64,000 nt of DNA from Promethearchaeota archaeon (GTDB lineage Archaea > Asgardarchaeota > Lokiarchaeia > Sigyniarchaeales > SOKP01), in assembly GCA_019058245.1 (NCBI GenBank), contig JAHPZJ010000013.1, forward strand, positions 169,166 to 233,165. The letters are read 5' to 3'. Positions 29,248-39,479 of the stretch are shown here, one piece after another (position 1 is the first letter of the stretch; each line of letters opens with the position of its first letter). A program made the position numbers and the translations under genes. The notes below the pieces were generated by a model, which made no database searches, had not been told where the DNA came from, and saw only the letters and a program-made list of their open reading frames with translations.

Positions 29248-30063
29248 TTAACTTTTTGAAAAACCACCATGATGAAATTCTATTGAGTAAGGAACATTCA
29301 AGGATTTACAATAAGCATCTATTTCTACTTCTATTTTTTCCCAATGACTATTATCCATTCTAAACTTCTGATAAGTTGATAGAAGTTCAGGATAATTATT
29401 TTTGATTATTTTTAGAATTCTTGGAATATTATATGGTCTGAAATTCAAATTTTCAAACATATATGAATCTGTATAATTCAAGGTTTTATCAATAATGTCT
29501 TTAAAATTAGTTATTCTTGGGAAAAAAGGGGAAATAAATGTATATGTTTTTATTCCTTTTTCATGTATCTTTCTTAATGCATCTATTCTTTCAATGGGTC
29601 GTGAAGCACCTTTTTCTATTAATTTAGAAAAATTTTCATCTAAAGTACTAATTGAAATTCCTACTTCCAAATCATCAAATTTTTTAAATAATTCAATATC
29701 CCTTACGACAAATTTAGATTTTGTTAATATTGAAACATGAGCGGTTGTGTTAACAAGTTTTTCTAATATCCTCTTTGTATTTTGATATTTTAATTCAAGT
29801 GGGATATACGGATCAGTAACCGAGCTTAAAAGTAATCGTTTTCCATTATATTTCTGTGGTTTTATCTTATCAAAGTCGTAAGTTTTTATATCTATAAATT
29901 GTCCCCATTTATCGCCCTTATGTCCGCTGAATCTTATCATAAATTCAGCATAACAATAAATACAGCCATGTTGACAACCGATATAAGGATTGATTACATA
30001 ATCAATTGAAGGAATATTACTCTTCGTTATTATATTTTTAGCTTCGCGAAACTTAATTTTCAT
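29248..30063 (-). CDS. Radical SAM protein, SplB/Rv2578c-like
   Basis: INPYIGCQHGCIYCYA, SSVTDPY..E, ILTKS..V.RD. Confidence 0.88.
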   Translation of the reverse strand: MKIKFREAKNIITKSNIPSIDYVINPYIGCQHGCIYCYAEFMIRFSGHKGDKWGQFIDIKTYDFDKIKPQKYNGKRLLLSSVTDPYIPLELKYQNTKRILEKLVNTTAHVSILTKSKFVVRDIELFKKFDDLEVGISISTLDENFSKLIEKGASRPIERIDALRKIHEKGIKTYTFISPFFPRITNFKDIIDKTLNYTDSYMFENLNFRPYNIPRILKIIKNNYPELLSTYQKFRMDNSHWEKIEVEIDAYCKSLNVPYSIEFHHGGFSKS

Positions 30064-30156
30064 TTTTTAAAATAAAAAATGTAGATAATTTGAAATTATA
30101 TAAATTATTAAAAGTTTTAAACTTAATAACGTGTATTTAATGGATTCAAATTTGCT

Positions 30157-30705
30157 ATGAATCTTCCTAATCAAATTGAGACTAAGAGACTTAAATTAAG
30201 ACCATTTAATCCAGATGATTTTAAAATTTTTTCAAATATTATTGAAGATGAAGAGATATCTAATAACCTAAAATTTGTTTTAAATATTAAACCTGAATGT
30301 AATAAAACTACACTTTTTCAAATTATAATTAATTCTTATAGTACTGATCATCCTCTACTTGCTTTAGTTATTAGTTCTAAATTTGAGGAACAGATGATTG
30401 GTTATTGTGGATTAATAACCTTAGAAGATGAACAAGAAGCAGAAATTTTCTATACCCTACTCCATAGATATAGAGGTTATGGGTACGCTATTGAAGCAGT
30501 GAAAAAACTTATACAATTTGCTTTTAAAGGATTGAATTTGAAAAGATTAATAATATTTCTTCATCCAACAAATTCAAAAGCATGGAAAGTTGCTGAAAGA
30601 ACAGGTATGAAATATTTGGGTCAAAGAGATATATCAGCAATATCATCTAAAGCTATGTTTTTTTCAATAGAGAAGACAGAATTTGATGCACAATCATATT
30701 ATTAA
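30157..30705 (+). CDS. GNAT N-acetyltransferase (RimJ/RimL-like)
   Basis: IETKRLKLRPF, YRGYGYAIEA, N..A..V.E..GM. Confidence 0.88.
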   Translation: MNLPNQIETKRLKLRPFNPDDFKIFSNIIEDEEISNNLKFVLNIKPECNKTTLFQIIINSYSTDHPLLALVISSKFEEQMIGYCGLITLEDEQEAEIFYTLLHRYRGYGYAIEAVKKLIQFAFKGLNLKRLIIFLHPTNSKAWKVAERTGMKYLGQRDISAISSKAMFFSIEKTEFDAQSYY

Positions 30706-30848
30706 AGTCATAATCCTATTTTGGATAACTTATTGGAATATATTCATGATCTAAGGCTTTTTTATATTAATTTTTATGGTATGTTAGATTACTTCAATAT
30801 AATTTATTTTTGTGATAATTAGATTATAATTAATATTATTGAATTCTT

Positions 30849-31208
30849 ATGTCTAAACAACCGAATTTGAAAGAAATGTTCCAAGAATGGAATGATTTGA
30901 ACTCTAAAGCTCAAGAGTCCATGGGTCAATTTGACTTCTCAAATATTAAGAAAATTAGAGAAAGTCAGAAAATTATTGAAGATGCAATTTATGAAATCTT
31001 AAAAGAAAATGCACCAGAAGACATTAAAAAGATAATTCCAGAAGATTGTGGAGAAATGGAGGTTGGATATGACACAGAGGGGAATAAATTCTATTTCGTT
31101 ATGATGGATCCTGAATACGAAGATGAAGAAGAAATAGAACTTATTGCTATAACTATAGATATCAATAAAACAATTTCCATGATTAAAGATTTTAGCATCG
31201 AAGAGTAG
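30849..31208 (+). CDS. Hypothetical acidic protein
   Basis: 119-aa ATG ORF with native-looking composition. Confidence 0.6.
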   Translation: MSKQPNLKEMFQEWNDLNSKAQESMGQFDFSNIKKIRESQKIIEDAIYEILKENAPEDIKKIIPEDCGEMEVGYDTEGNKFYFVMMDPEYEDEEEIELIAITIDINKTISMIKDFSIEE

Positions 31209-31439
31209 AATATTTTAGTTATTAATGACTTCAAATCAATAAAAAAGATAAAAATAAATAATTAGGTTAAAATTATTCTAATAATATTATCCTAGATTGC
31301 TAAAAATCTGACATTTTTGCATAATTAATGATTAAAATAGTGTGAATTTAAAATATCAATCCCCTCATCTTTTCGAGTTGGTCCTAGAACTACAAATGTT
31401 CTTGCGAAAAAGAGATATCTAATTATTTATTTTCTGATT

Positions 31440-32963
31440 ATGACATTAAGTGCTCAACCACTATTATTGTGGTTATGGTATTTTTGGCAATTCTTCCCTA
31501 CAACAAATTTTATTTTTTTCATCTTTTTTCCATTGTTTTTCTTTTTAGGAATTATAATTCTTATATTAAGCGCAGCTATAATTGCTAAGATATTTTTAAT
31601 CTTCATAAATATATTACATAAACCAAAAGAGGGCACTTTCTTAAGAGATAGAGATGATAAAGACTATTGCTATTGGAGTTTAAGGGCAGTTGTTAGAAAA
31701 TGGCCTATATGGTTAGCACGACAATTATCTTTACCTTTGCTTGAGATATTAGTATTGAAAATATTAGGGGTAAGAACATCTTTTTCAAATTCTTTGTATA
31801 AGGGATGGATTGATTGTGAATTTATTGAGTTTGGAAAAAATATTAAGGTTGGACAAGGTAGTTTTATTATTTCAAATATTATCATACAAGATAAATTAAT
31901 TATTAAAAGGGTCTCCATAGAAGATAATGTAATTATAGGTGCTAATGCGATAGTTATGCCGGGAACGGTAATTGAATCTAATACAATCCTAGATACGATT
32001 TCAATGACAAAAATTAATCAACATTTAGAAAAAAATTCAACATATCATGGATCCCCTGCTGTAAAAATGGAGAACATACAGTTATTTGGAAAGAAAGATC
32101 AATATGAACAAACTATTTTTGATAAGAAAAGAAATGAGAATTATAATATGGAGAATTTAAAAGCTCATGTGAAAGAGTTTTCTGTTCCGTTTCACTTCTA
32201 TATAATTGCAGGTTGGGTCATAATTGGTTTTTCTTTTATTTTGCCAGGATTTTTCTTTTTTCTCTTTCTTTTTGGGTTCTTAATACCAAATTTATTCTCA
32301 ACAACATTATACTTAAGATTGCTCTTGAACCCAATAATTATTGCTATTCTATTTCTTTCTCCTATAATTATTATTGGTCTTTATTTAATTCATCTATTTT
32401 TTATAGCTTTATTTACTAAGTGGTTCTATACAATTGCAGATAAAAGAGGGCCTTCTCAAGGTGTTTTTGATCGAAACCTTGATGAGTCCTCTAAGGTATT
32501 AAATTATTATCATTTTAGATCATTTTTATTTAAATATCCTATCTTTGCATTTGTTCGTTCACCTTTTCCTTGGCTTATTAATTGGGAATTACGATTCTTA
32601 GGATCTAATAAAATTGGAAAAGGGACAGTATTTGAAGAAACTTTTTTCCATAGCCATATTGATATTGGTAAAAATTGTTATATTGGTACATTTTCACATA
32701 TTTCTAATCATTTAGTTGATGGTGTCTATGGGGAAGAAAATCTGACTTTTTTTGGAGTTGATTTAGGAGATAATTGTATTTTCAGTTTATCAAATGGAGG
32801 TATGCCTGGATTAAAAATGGAAAATAATTCCACTGTATTGCCTATGTGTGCTACTATAAAGTATGATAAGTTAGTAAATAATTCAATTTTTAGTCGATTT
32901 CCAGCAAGAAAATTGAAACAAGATGATATATCTAAACTTACCGGTGGAATGTATTATGAATAA
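31440..32963 (+). CDS. Membrane protein with two TM-hairpin + left-handed beta-helix (acyltransferase-like) modules
   Basis: Hexapeptide repeats IEDNVIIGANAIVMPGT and IGKNCYIG, each preceded by hydrophobic helices and P..G.F. Confidence 0.75.
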   Translation: MTLSAQPLLLWLWYFWQFFPTTNFIFFIFFPLFFFLGIIILILSAAIIAKIFLIFINILHKPKEGTFLRDRDDKDYCYWSLRAVVRKWPIWLARQLSLPLLEILVLKILGVRTSFSNSLYKGWIDCEFIEFGKNIKVGQGSFIISNIIIQDKLIIKRVSIEDNVIIGANAIVMPGTVIESNTILDTISMTKINQHLEKNSTYHGSPAVKMENIQLFGKKDQYEQTIFDKKRNENYNMENLKAHVKEFSVPFHFYIIAGWVIIGFSFILPGFFFFLFLFGFLIPNLFSTTLYLRLLLNPIIIAILFLSPIIIIGLYLIHLFFIALFTKWFYTIADKRGPSQGVFDRNLDESSKVLNYYHFRSFLFKYPIFAFVRSPFPWLINWELRFLGSNKIGKGTVFEETFFHSHIDIGKNCYIGTFSHISNHLVDGVYGEENLTFFGVDLGDNCIFSLSNGGMPGLKMENNSTVLPMCATIKYDKLVNNSIFSRFPARKLKQDDISKLTGGMYYE

Positions 32964-33840
32964 TAATCAATCAAAAGTTTCTGCTGAAAAAAGTAAAATA
33001 ATCAATTTAGCAAAAATTCCTATTACTACAAATGGATTTAATTGGTCTTTTACTTCAAATATACTATATTTATGCTTACATATTCTTTCTCTCACTTTAC
33101 CTACAGTAATGGTAATAACTTTCTTCAATGACGCTATGGATTCTAATTTTTTTCATTGGAGAATTTTATTGATTTTTATTGATGTTTTGGCATGGTGGGG
33201 CTCCTATTTACTTATTAGTCTTCTTCTTGGCAAATTAATTCTAATTCTACTAAAATTAATTCATAAACCAAGGGAAGGCATCTTTAAAATTGATCCAAAA
33301 AATAGAGACTATTCTTTTTATTGTTTAAGAATTACTGTTAAAAAATATATCTTTTGGATTTGGAATAATTTCTGTTTTCCCTGGGTAAGTAATTATGCCT
33401 TTAAAATGTGTGATGTTAAAGCAGATTTTAAGAGTACTATGTTTGATGGTTGGAGTGATGTAGAATTTATTGAATATGGGAAAAATATTATGGTAGGACA
33501 AGGAGCTAAAGTTCTTTCTAGTATTATAATTAGAATAGATAATGAGGATTATCTTTTAATTAAAAAAGTTATCATTGGTGACCATGTTGTATTAGGTGCA
33601 AATTCAATTGTTTCACCTGGTACTTTAATAGGACAAGGAGCAACGTTAGGTGTATGGACAGTTACACAAATTAATCAAATATTAGATCCTAAATGGATAT
33701 ATATAGGATATCCTGCCCATAAATATCAACCAGCTCAAAAAGCTATTGAAGAAAGTAAGAAGGAACCAATGAGAAGAATTGTTGGAATGGGTAAAAGAAT
33801 TCCATTTGATATAGATCAATTTTCAAATCATAAGAAATAA
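32956..33840 (+). CDS. Membrane protein with one TM-hairpin + left-handed beta-helix module; paralog of the upstream gene
   Basis: HKPREGIF..DY, EFIEYGKNIMVGQG, IGDHVVLGANSIVSPGT. ATG 32956 overlaps the upstream stop (track start 32923). Confidence 0.75.
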   Translation: MNNNQSKVSAEKSKIINLAKIPITTNGFNWSFTSNILYLCLHILSLTLPTVMVITFFNDAMDSNFFHWRILLIFIDVLAWWGSYLLISLLLGKLILILLKLIHKPREGIFKIDPKNRDYSFYCLRITVKKYIFWIWNNFCFPWVSNYAFKMCDVKADFKSTMFDGWSDVEFIEYGKNIMVGQGAKVLSSIIIRIDNEDYLLIKKVIIGDHVVLGANSIVSPGTLIGQGATLGVWTVTQINQILDPKWIYIGYPAHKYQPAQKAIEESKKEPMRRIVGMGKRIPFDIDQFSNHKK

Positions 33841-34065
33841 AGTAATATAATGAAATTTTTTACTAATAAAAAAGATAAAGTTTTTCTAAAGCAGTTATAG
33901 CGTCTATCTCCTAATAATTCACATAAAAAATATACTTATCGTTGAACAAAAGTTATATTTAAAATGAAAATTCTTACATTTAAAAAATTAATAGAAAAGA
34001 GATAAATATTTTGTTTTAAAATAATATAATAACAACAGAATTAAAATTTAAGAAAATGATTTAAA

Positions 34066-34812
34066 ATGTATAAAATAGTGCTTTTAAGACATGGTGAAAG
34101 TACTTGGAATAAGGAGAATAGATTCACAGGTTGGACAGACGTAGATCTCTCAGAAAAAGGAATCCAAGAAGCGAAAGAAGCAGCTAAATTATTAAAAGAA
34201 GGAGGATATACCTTTGATATTGCCTATACCTCAGTATTAAGAAGAGGAATTAAAACTCTTTGGATTGTTTTAGAGGAGATGGATTTAATGTGGATTCCCG
34301 TTTATCGTTCTTGGCGTTTAAATGAAAGACATTATGGTGCTCTACAAGGATATTTCAAATCAGAGATGGCAAAAGAAGTTGGAGAAGAACAAGTACTTAT
34401 TTGGAGAAGAAGTTATGACATACCACCTCCTGCACTTAAAACAAGTGATCCGAGATATCCTGGAAATGAAAGGAAATATGCAGAACTAACCTCTGATGAA
34501 CTTCCTTTAACTGAATGTTTGAAAGATACAGTAGCTAGAGTTTTGCCCTATTGGCATAATACCATTACCCCGACTATAAAGTCAGGTAAAAAAGTCCTGA
34601 TTTCAGCTCATGGAAATAGTTTGAGAGCACTTGTAAAATATCTTGATAATATGCCTGATGAAGAAGTTGTTAAGTTAAATATTCCTACTGGAGTACCTCT
34701 AATATATGAATTAGATGAAGATATTAAGCCAATTACTCATTATTATCTTGGTGATGCTGAACAAATAGCGCAAGCAATTGAAGCAGTTGCAGCACAAGGA
34801 AAAGCTAAATAA
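34066..34812 (+). CDS. gpmA: 2,3-bisphosphoglycerate-dependent phosphoglycerate mutase
   Basis: [38 protein letters not shown]. Confidence 0.97.
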   Translation: MYKIVLLRHGESTWNKENRFTGWTDVDLSEKGIQEAKEAAKLLKEGGYTFDIAYTSVLRRGIKTLWIVLEEMDLMWIPVYRSWRLNERHYGALQGYFKSEMAKEVGEEQVLIWRRSYDIPPPALKTSDPRYPGNERKYAELTSDELPLTECLKDTVARVLPYWHNTITPTIKSGKKVLISAHGNSLRALVKYLDNMPDEEVVKLNIPTGVPLIYELDEDIKPITHYYLGDAEQIAQAIEAVAAQGKAK

Positions 34813-34837
34813 CCAGACTTAGAATTATTTAATTTCA

Positions 34838-35398
34838 TTGATCATGAATTCTATTAGAAAAAGTATTTCCAAGATTTATATTGTAATAATATTAATTGTC
34901 ATTATATTAAGTTTTCAAAACTCTATAAAAACAGTAAAAGCACAGGCAGTAACAAATATCTCTGTTTATGAAGCATTTGATATGATAAATAATAGCGTTT
35001 TATATCCAAATTTAATAATTTTAGATGTAAGAGAACAATCAGAATATGATATTAATCATATTTGTAATGCAACATTGATTCCAGTTTCAGAACTTGAATC
35101 AAGAATAGACGAATTAGAATTATACAACAATACAGAGATAATAGTATATTGTGGTACTGGTGTCAGAAGTACAACAGCAAGTCAAATACTCATTGATAAT
35201 GGTTTTACAAAAATATATAATATGGAGGGAGGTATTACTGAATGGATTTCTTCCGGATATGAAGTATGTGCGATGGAAAACGGTCAAACAGATTTCCCTT
35301 CTATAAATGGTTTTTCACTTAGTTTCATAATTATTGGACTATTAGGGTTTAGTGTAATCTTTATAATATTTCGAAAAAAAGAGCTTTATAAAAAGTAA
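34838..35398 (+). CDS. Exported, membrane-anchored rhodanese-domain protein
   Basis: N-terminal signal (ends VKA-QA), DVRE, YCGTGVRS active loop, GGI.EW, C-terminal TM plus RKK. Confidence 0.85.
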   Translation: MIMNSIRKSISKIYIVIILIVIILSFQNSIKTVKAQAVTNISVYEAFDMINNSVLYPNLIILDVREQSEYDINHICNATLIPVSELESRIDELELYNNTEIIVYCGTGVRSTTASQILIDNGFTKIYNMEGGITEWISSGYEVCAMENGQTDFPSINGFSLSFIIIGLLGFSVIFIIFRKKELYKK

Positions 35399-35422
35399 AA
35401 TCTACTATTCTTATTAAAAAAA

Positions 35423-36226
35423 TTGAGGTTTTCTAAAATGGTAAAAAAATTATTTATTGATAATCCCATAGTTTCTAATCAAGTCTTTTTCCCTCGTAAA
35501 ATTCCGGAACCAACTGATATTGATTCAAATATTAGGATATTGAAGTTTGAAATTAGTAAAAAAATTGTTATTGGTGGGTTTTTTTATCTAAATAAACCAG
35601 ACCTTCCAAATATGTTATTATTCCATGGAAATGGAGAAATTGCTGCGGATTATCAATATTTTTTAGATTTTTTTTTTGAATGTGGTGTAAATTTAGGAGT
35701 TGTTGATTTCCGAGGATATGGTTTCAGTACCGGAGAACCAATTTATAGTAGTTTAGTTTCGGATGCATTTCCGATTTATAATAAATTTTACGAATGGATT
35801 ATATCAAATAATCTAAGTAACTCACTATTTCTCTTAGGACGTTCTCTTGGTAGCGCTTGTGTAGCAGAAATAGGTTCCCATAATCCAAACAACTTGCGAG
35901 GAATTATCTTTGAAAGTGGTTTTGCGAGTATGTATAATATGATGACAAGACTATTCAGAGTAAGTGGACCTGATATTACACCTGATGGACTGAGTGAATA
36001 TTCCAATGATACAAGACTTAGACAATTTCAAAAACCAGTATTGATTATTCATGGCACTCAAGACTGGATTATTCCTTGCGATGAAGCGAAATTAATATAT
36101 GAAAATGTCCCTAACCACGTTGAGAAGAATTTAGTATTAATCGAAGGTGCAGGTCATAATAATATTTTTTCATTTAGAGAGGAATATATCACTCCATTAA
36201 AAAATTTCATAAAAAAAAATAAATAA
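35423..36226 (+). CDS. Alpha/beta hydrolase (ABHD13/BEM46-like)
   Basis: FHGNGE, DFRGYG.S.G, GRSLG, HG..D, GAGHN. Confidence 0.9.
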   Translation: MRFSKMVKKLFIDNPIVSNQVFFPRKIPEPTDIDSNIRILKFEISKKIVIGGFFYLNKPDLPNMLLFHGNGEIAADYQYFLDFFFECGVNLGVVDFRGYGFSTGEPIYSSLVSDAFPIYNKFYEWIISNNLSNSLFLLGRSLGSACVAEIGSHNPNNLRGIIFESGFASMYNMMTRLFRVSGPDITPDGLSEYSNDTRLRQFQKPVLIIHGTQDWIIPCDEAKLIYENVPNHVEKNLVLIEGAGHNNIFSFREEYITPLKNFIKKNK

Positions 36227-36331
36227 CAGTTTTAATTAGATTTTAGTTAAAAACTGGACTAATGAACCTTTTTTTACTATCCTATTTTCCATTTAATTAT
36301 AAGAAGTAATAAATATAGCAGTGAGAAATAA

Positions 36332-36646
36332 TTGACTAATAAAACAATAAATTTCTGTCCATATTGTGGAAAGAGAATTCGTTTCTATATTAAAGATAAA
36401 TTAAATTATTGTTGTTTTTGTGGTAAAAAGCTAAAAGTAGAAAAACATAAAATAATATCGCAAGTCCAATGTACAATTTGTCATATAAAGATTGATCCAG
36501 ATAAAGATAAAACAATTAAATGTTCATTTTGTGGAAGTACTTACCATTATAGATGTGTATATTCTTGGCTTCAAAATTATAATGCATGTCCTATGTGTCA
36601 AAACGTGTTTTTATTTCCAAATAAATCCATTTCAATCGTTAAATAA
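36332..36646 (+). CDS. Zinc-ribbon + RING-finger protein (putative E3-like)
   Basis: FCPYCG..YCCFCG, then CTIC..CSFC..HYRC..W..CPMC. Confidence 0.75.
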   Translation: MTNKTINFCPYCGKRIRFYIKDKLNYCCFCGKKLKVEKHKIISQVQCTICHIKIDPDKDKTIKCSFCGSTYHYRCVYSWLQNYNACPMCQNVFLFPNKSISIVK

Positions 36647-36709
36647 ACAAGAATTGTTTTCAACTTGAATTTAATATTTTCTAATGGTTTGAAATTAATA
36701 AAAATGAAT

Positions 36710-36928
36710 TTAATTTATTAGAAATTCATTCACTAAAATTTGCTGAAATTCAGTATCTTTTTCTTGAAAAAGTATATTTTCTTTTCCAGTATATATATCT
36801 GGAGAATGACTTTTTTTAAACAATATCGAGAACGGGATAATTATATAGGCGATATTTGATGTTTCTTCTTGAACATTAATTTCATCGAAAAATTCATAAT
36901 AATTTTTATTTTCTACCTCTAATCCCAT
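36710..36928 (-). CDS. Small protein, PFS-DIYxG-EFL family member 1
   Basis: IIPFS..DIYTGKENILFQE....FQQILVNEFL. Confidence 0.7.
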   Translation of the reverse strand: MGLEVENKNYYEFFDEINVQEETSNIAYIIIPFSILFKKSHSPDIYTGKENILFQEKDTEFQQILVNEFLIN

Positions 36929-37024
36929 TTCTTATCTCACATTGATTACTATTTAATATTCAATAAAATTTCATCTACTTAAATTAATAGACCCGACAAA
37001 ATTAGTGATTACTTTTTATTTTCA

Positions 37025-37339
37025 TCAATATTTTGAAAGGAATTCTTCTTTCAAAATCTGTTTATATTTTAAATTATCGCTTTTTAGAGAATCATCTTCT
37101 GAGTTTGAAAAAATATCGATTGGATATTTCTCGTTATACATATTTAAAACTAATATTATCAAATTTGAAATGTTTTTGAAGGATACCTTTGAATTATTAT
37201 CTGAGAATAACTTTTCTACCAGCTTAGATAATAAAATAAATTTCTTTCTTTGAAGTAATTTTTTATTAGATAGAGTTTCTGGCTTGAAAACATTCTCTAA
37301 ATATTTTATGACTCTTTTTTCAATTGTAAGTGAATTCAC
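37025..37339 (-). CDS. Small protein, divergent family member 2
   Basis: PIDIF..........YKQILKEEFL C-terminus. Confidence 0.6.
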   Translation of the reverse strand: MNSLTIEKRVIKYLENVFKPETLSNKKLLQRKKFILLSKLVEKLFSDNNSKVSFKNISNLIILVLNMYNEKYPIDIFSNSEDDSLKSDNLKYKQILKEEFLSKY

Positions 37340-37491
37340 AATCCATCAAGATCTAATCTCCTTTATGGATTATTTAATCTTAAATATAAAAACGGAATGT
37401 TTTTTTTTGATATATTAGTTATTATTTCAAGTAAAACCTCTTGTTCTTTAAATGAACCATTGAACGTATAAAAATTGAATATTTCCTTCAA

Positions 37492-37743
37492 TTAGGTTAA
37501 AAATTCTTGGATATAAATTTTCTTATAATCTTGATGCCTCTCTTCAAAACAAATTTTCTCATATCCAACATAAATATCGTGTGGCTTTTTTAAATCCTTA
37601 ATTGCAGAAAAAGGAATTAAGAAGAGTGATATATTGAGAAATGGGTGGTTTTCCGACAAATTGAATAATTCTTGCCATATTTTATTATAATCGTCTACAA
37701 CCATATATGCTATCCAAATTTGAAAGTTTTCCCATTGATTCAT
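37492..37743 (-). CDS. Small protein, family member 3
   Basis: LIPFS..DIYVGYEKICFEE....YKKIYIQEFL. Confidence 0.7.
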   Translation of the reverse strand: MNQWENFQIWIAYMVVDDYNKIWQELFNLSENHPFLNISLFLIPFSAIKDLKKPHDIYVGYEKICFEERHQDYKKIYIQEFLT

Positions 37744-37912
37744 ATTTCTTACTTATCATATAAATTTTAAATATCTCTCCAAAAGTAAACGATAGGTTTA
37801 TATAAAAAAAACTTGAAATTCGATTTATTTTATGAAGAAAAGGAAATCATAAAGGAATTAATTTAAATTTATATTAAAAAAAAAAAAGAAATTATAATTA
37901 TTATTTTATCGA

Positions 37913-39325
37913 TTATTCACTCTTTATAAAGGATATAATCAATATTCCGATTCCCATTATAATACCAACAGATATCATTGCCCAACCAAATGCAGCTTTA
38001 CCTATAATATCATATGATAGCATAACAGTTCCCCAAACAAATGGACCCAATGCTGAAGAAAATTTCCCACTTAGTTTAGAAAAGCCAAAAAATTCTCCAA
38101 ATTTTTCTTTGGGAGCAAGTTCTATTACCATTATTCGTTGTGCTACCCAAGTTCCTCCTAGAGCGGGGCCTGCTACAATACCCATAATGAGACTTAGAAT
38201 AAAGGGAAGATTCGCACCAACATCAATTGATTGCGTTGTAAATATTAAAATAATACCAATTGTTAATGAAATCCCCCAAAAAGCGCCAACAAGGTAAAAA
38301 GTCTTTTTTGCACCATATTTATCACCAAACTTTCCAACAAAGTATGTGAAAGCAACTGCAGAAATAGTAGCAATAATAATAAAAAGTATGGCAAATAGTG
38401 TTCCACCAGCAATACGTAATCCATCAGTTACTATTGGTGTCATATAGAGAACAATAACGTTAGCAATATCAGCAACAAAAAAGTATCCAATGATAAATAT
38501 AAACATTGATTTATGTTTTCGAATATCTTTAAAAGTATTACCTAATTGTCTGAAAGTATTTTTTATTAATTTATTTATAGGTGGTCTTCGAAATTTTTTC
38601 TGCTTTTCTCGGACATAAAGGAATGGAATTGTGCATATTAAAAATAGAATCATGGGTATAACAAATGTAAACCAGTATCCAGAAAATCCATATTGTATTG
38701 GTTTATCTTCAGCTAGTACTGGTGGAGTTGATACAGTATCACCTAATAATATTATTAAGGGATACATTATAACGAGAGCAAGAATGGTACCTAAGTAGCC
38801 CCATGCAACCCCAAATCCAGCAACCTTACCAATATCCTCTCTTTTAGCTATAAATGGAAGCATTGCATCATAAAAAGTTAAACTAAATTGATAAGCAACA
38901 TTTGCAATAACATAGAATGCTAGAACCATTGTAAGATCATGGAAGAAGCCAAGTAAACTGGCAAAAAGAAGAATAAAACCGGTTAAACTCACAACAAAAG
39001 GCTTCCTTTTTCCTAAATTATCACTAAAGGCCCCTAATATGGGAACACAAACAGCAACTCCAAGTTGCATTAAAAAACTTACTGTACCAAATAAAAAACT
39101 AGCTGTACCATAGGATATTCCATTTTCTAATTGTCCAATAACTAAAACATAACGATTTATAATTAAACTTACGATTACCATTGAATAAATTGTGTTTGCG
39201 AGATCATACATGGCCCAAAAGAATACATTACGTTTAGAAGTAGTTGTTTCATACTCAACTTCTTCACCATCAAGAATTTCAGAAGGTGAATTTGTATTAT
39301 TTTCTTTTTTTGACATTTTAATCAT
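37913..39325 (-). CDS. MFS transporter, UMF1/Atg22-like
   Basis: WAMYDLAN, FYDAML, G...GYLG, GEFFGF, 12 TM pattern. Confidence 0.88.
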   Translation of the reverse strand: MIKMSKKENNTNSPSEILDGEEVEYETTTSKRNVFFWAMYDLANTIYSMVIVSLIINRYVLVIGQLENGISYGTASFLFGTVSFLMQLGVAVCVPILGAFSDNLGKRKPFVVSLTGFILLFASLLGFFHDLTMVLAFYVIANVAYQFSLTFYDAMLPFIAKREDIGKVAGFGVAWGYLGTILALVIMYPLIILLGDTVSTPPVLAEDKPIQYGFSGYWFTFVIPMILFLICTIPFLYVREKQKKFRRPPINKLIKNTFRQLGNTFKDIRKHKSMFIFIIGYFFVADIANVIVLYMTPIVTDGLRIAGGTLFAILFIIIATISAVAFTYFVGKFGDKYGAKKTFYLVGAFWGISLTIGIILIFTTQSIDVGANLPFILSLIMGIVAGPALGGTWVAQRIMVIELAPKEKFGEFFGFSKLSGKFSSALGPFVWGTVMLSYDIIGKAAFGWAMISVGIIMGIGILIISFIKSE

Positions 39326-39479
39326 ATAAAATTAGATTTAGGTTATGAATTAATGATATAATACCTTGGATTAAAAATTTTATCTATATTGAGAATGAAC
39401 TTTATACTGTATGCATAAATAATCTTGAGTATAAAGAAATTCTGAATTAATTTTCCTTAATTTAAGAAAAAGATGGATG

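Noticed and set aside
31341-31439. Open frame of about 33 codons upstream of the 31440 ATG as a third non-canonical start
   Set aside because: No conserved motif that I can recognise demands the extension; insufficient evidence.
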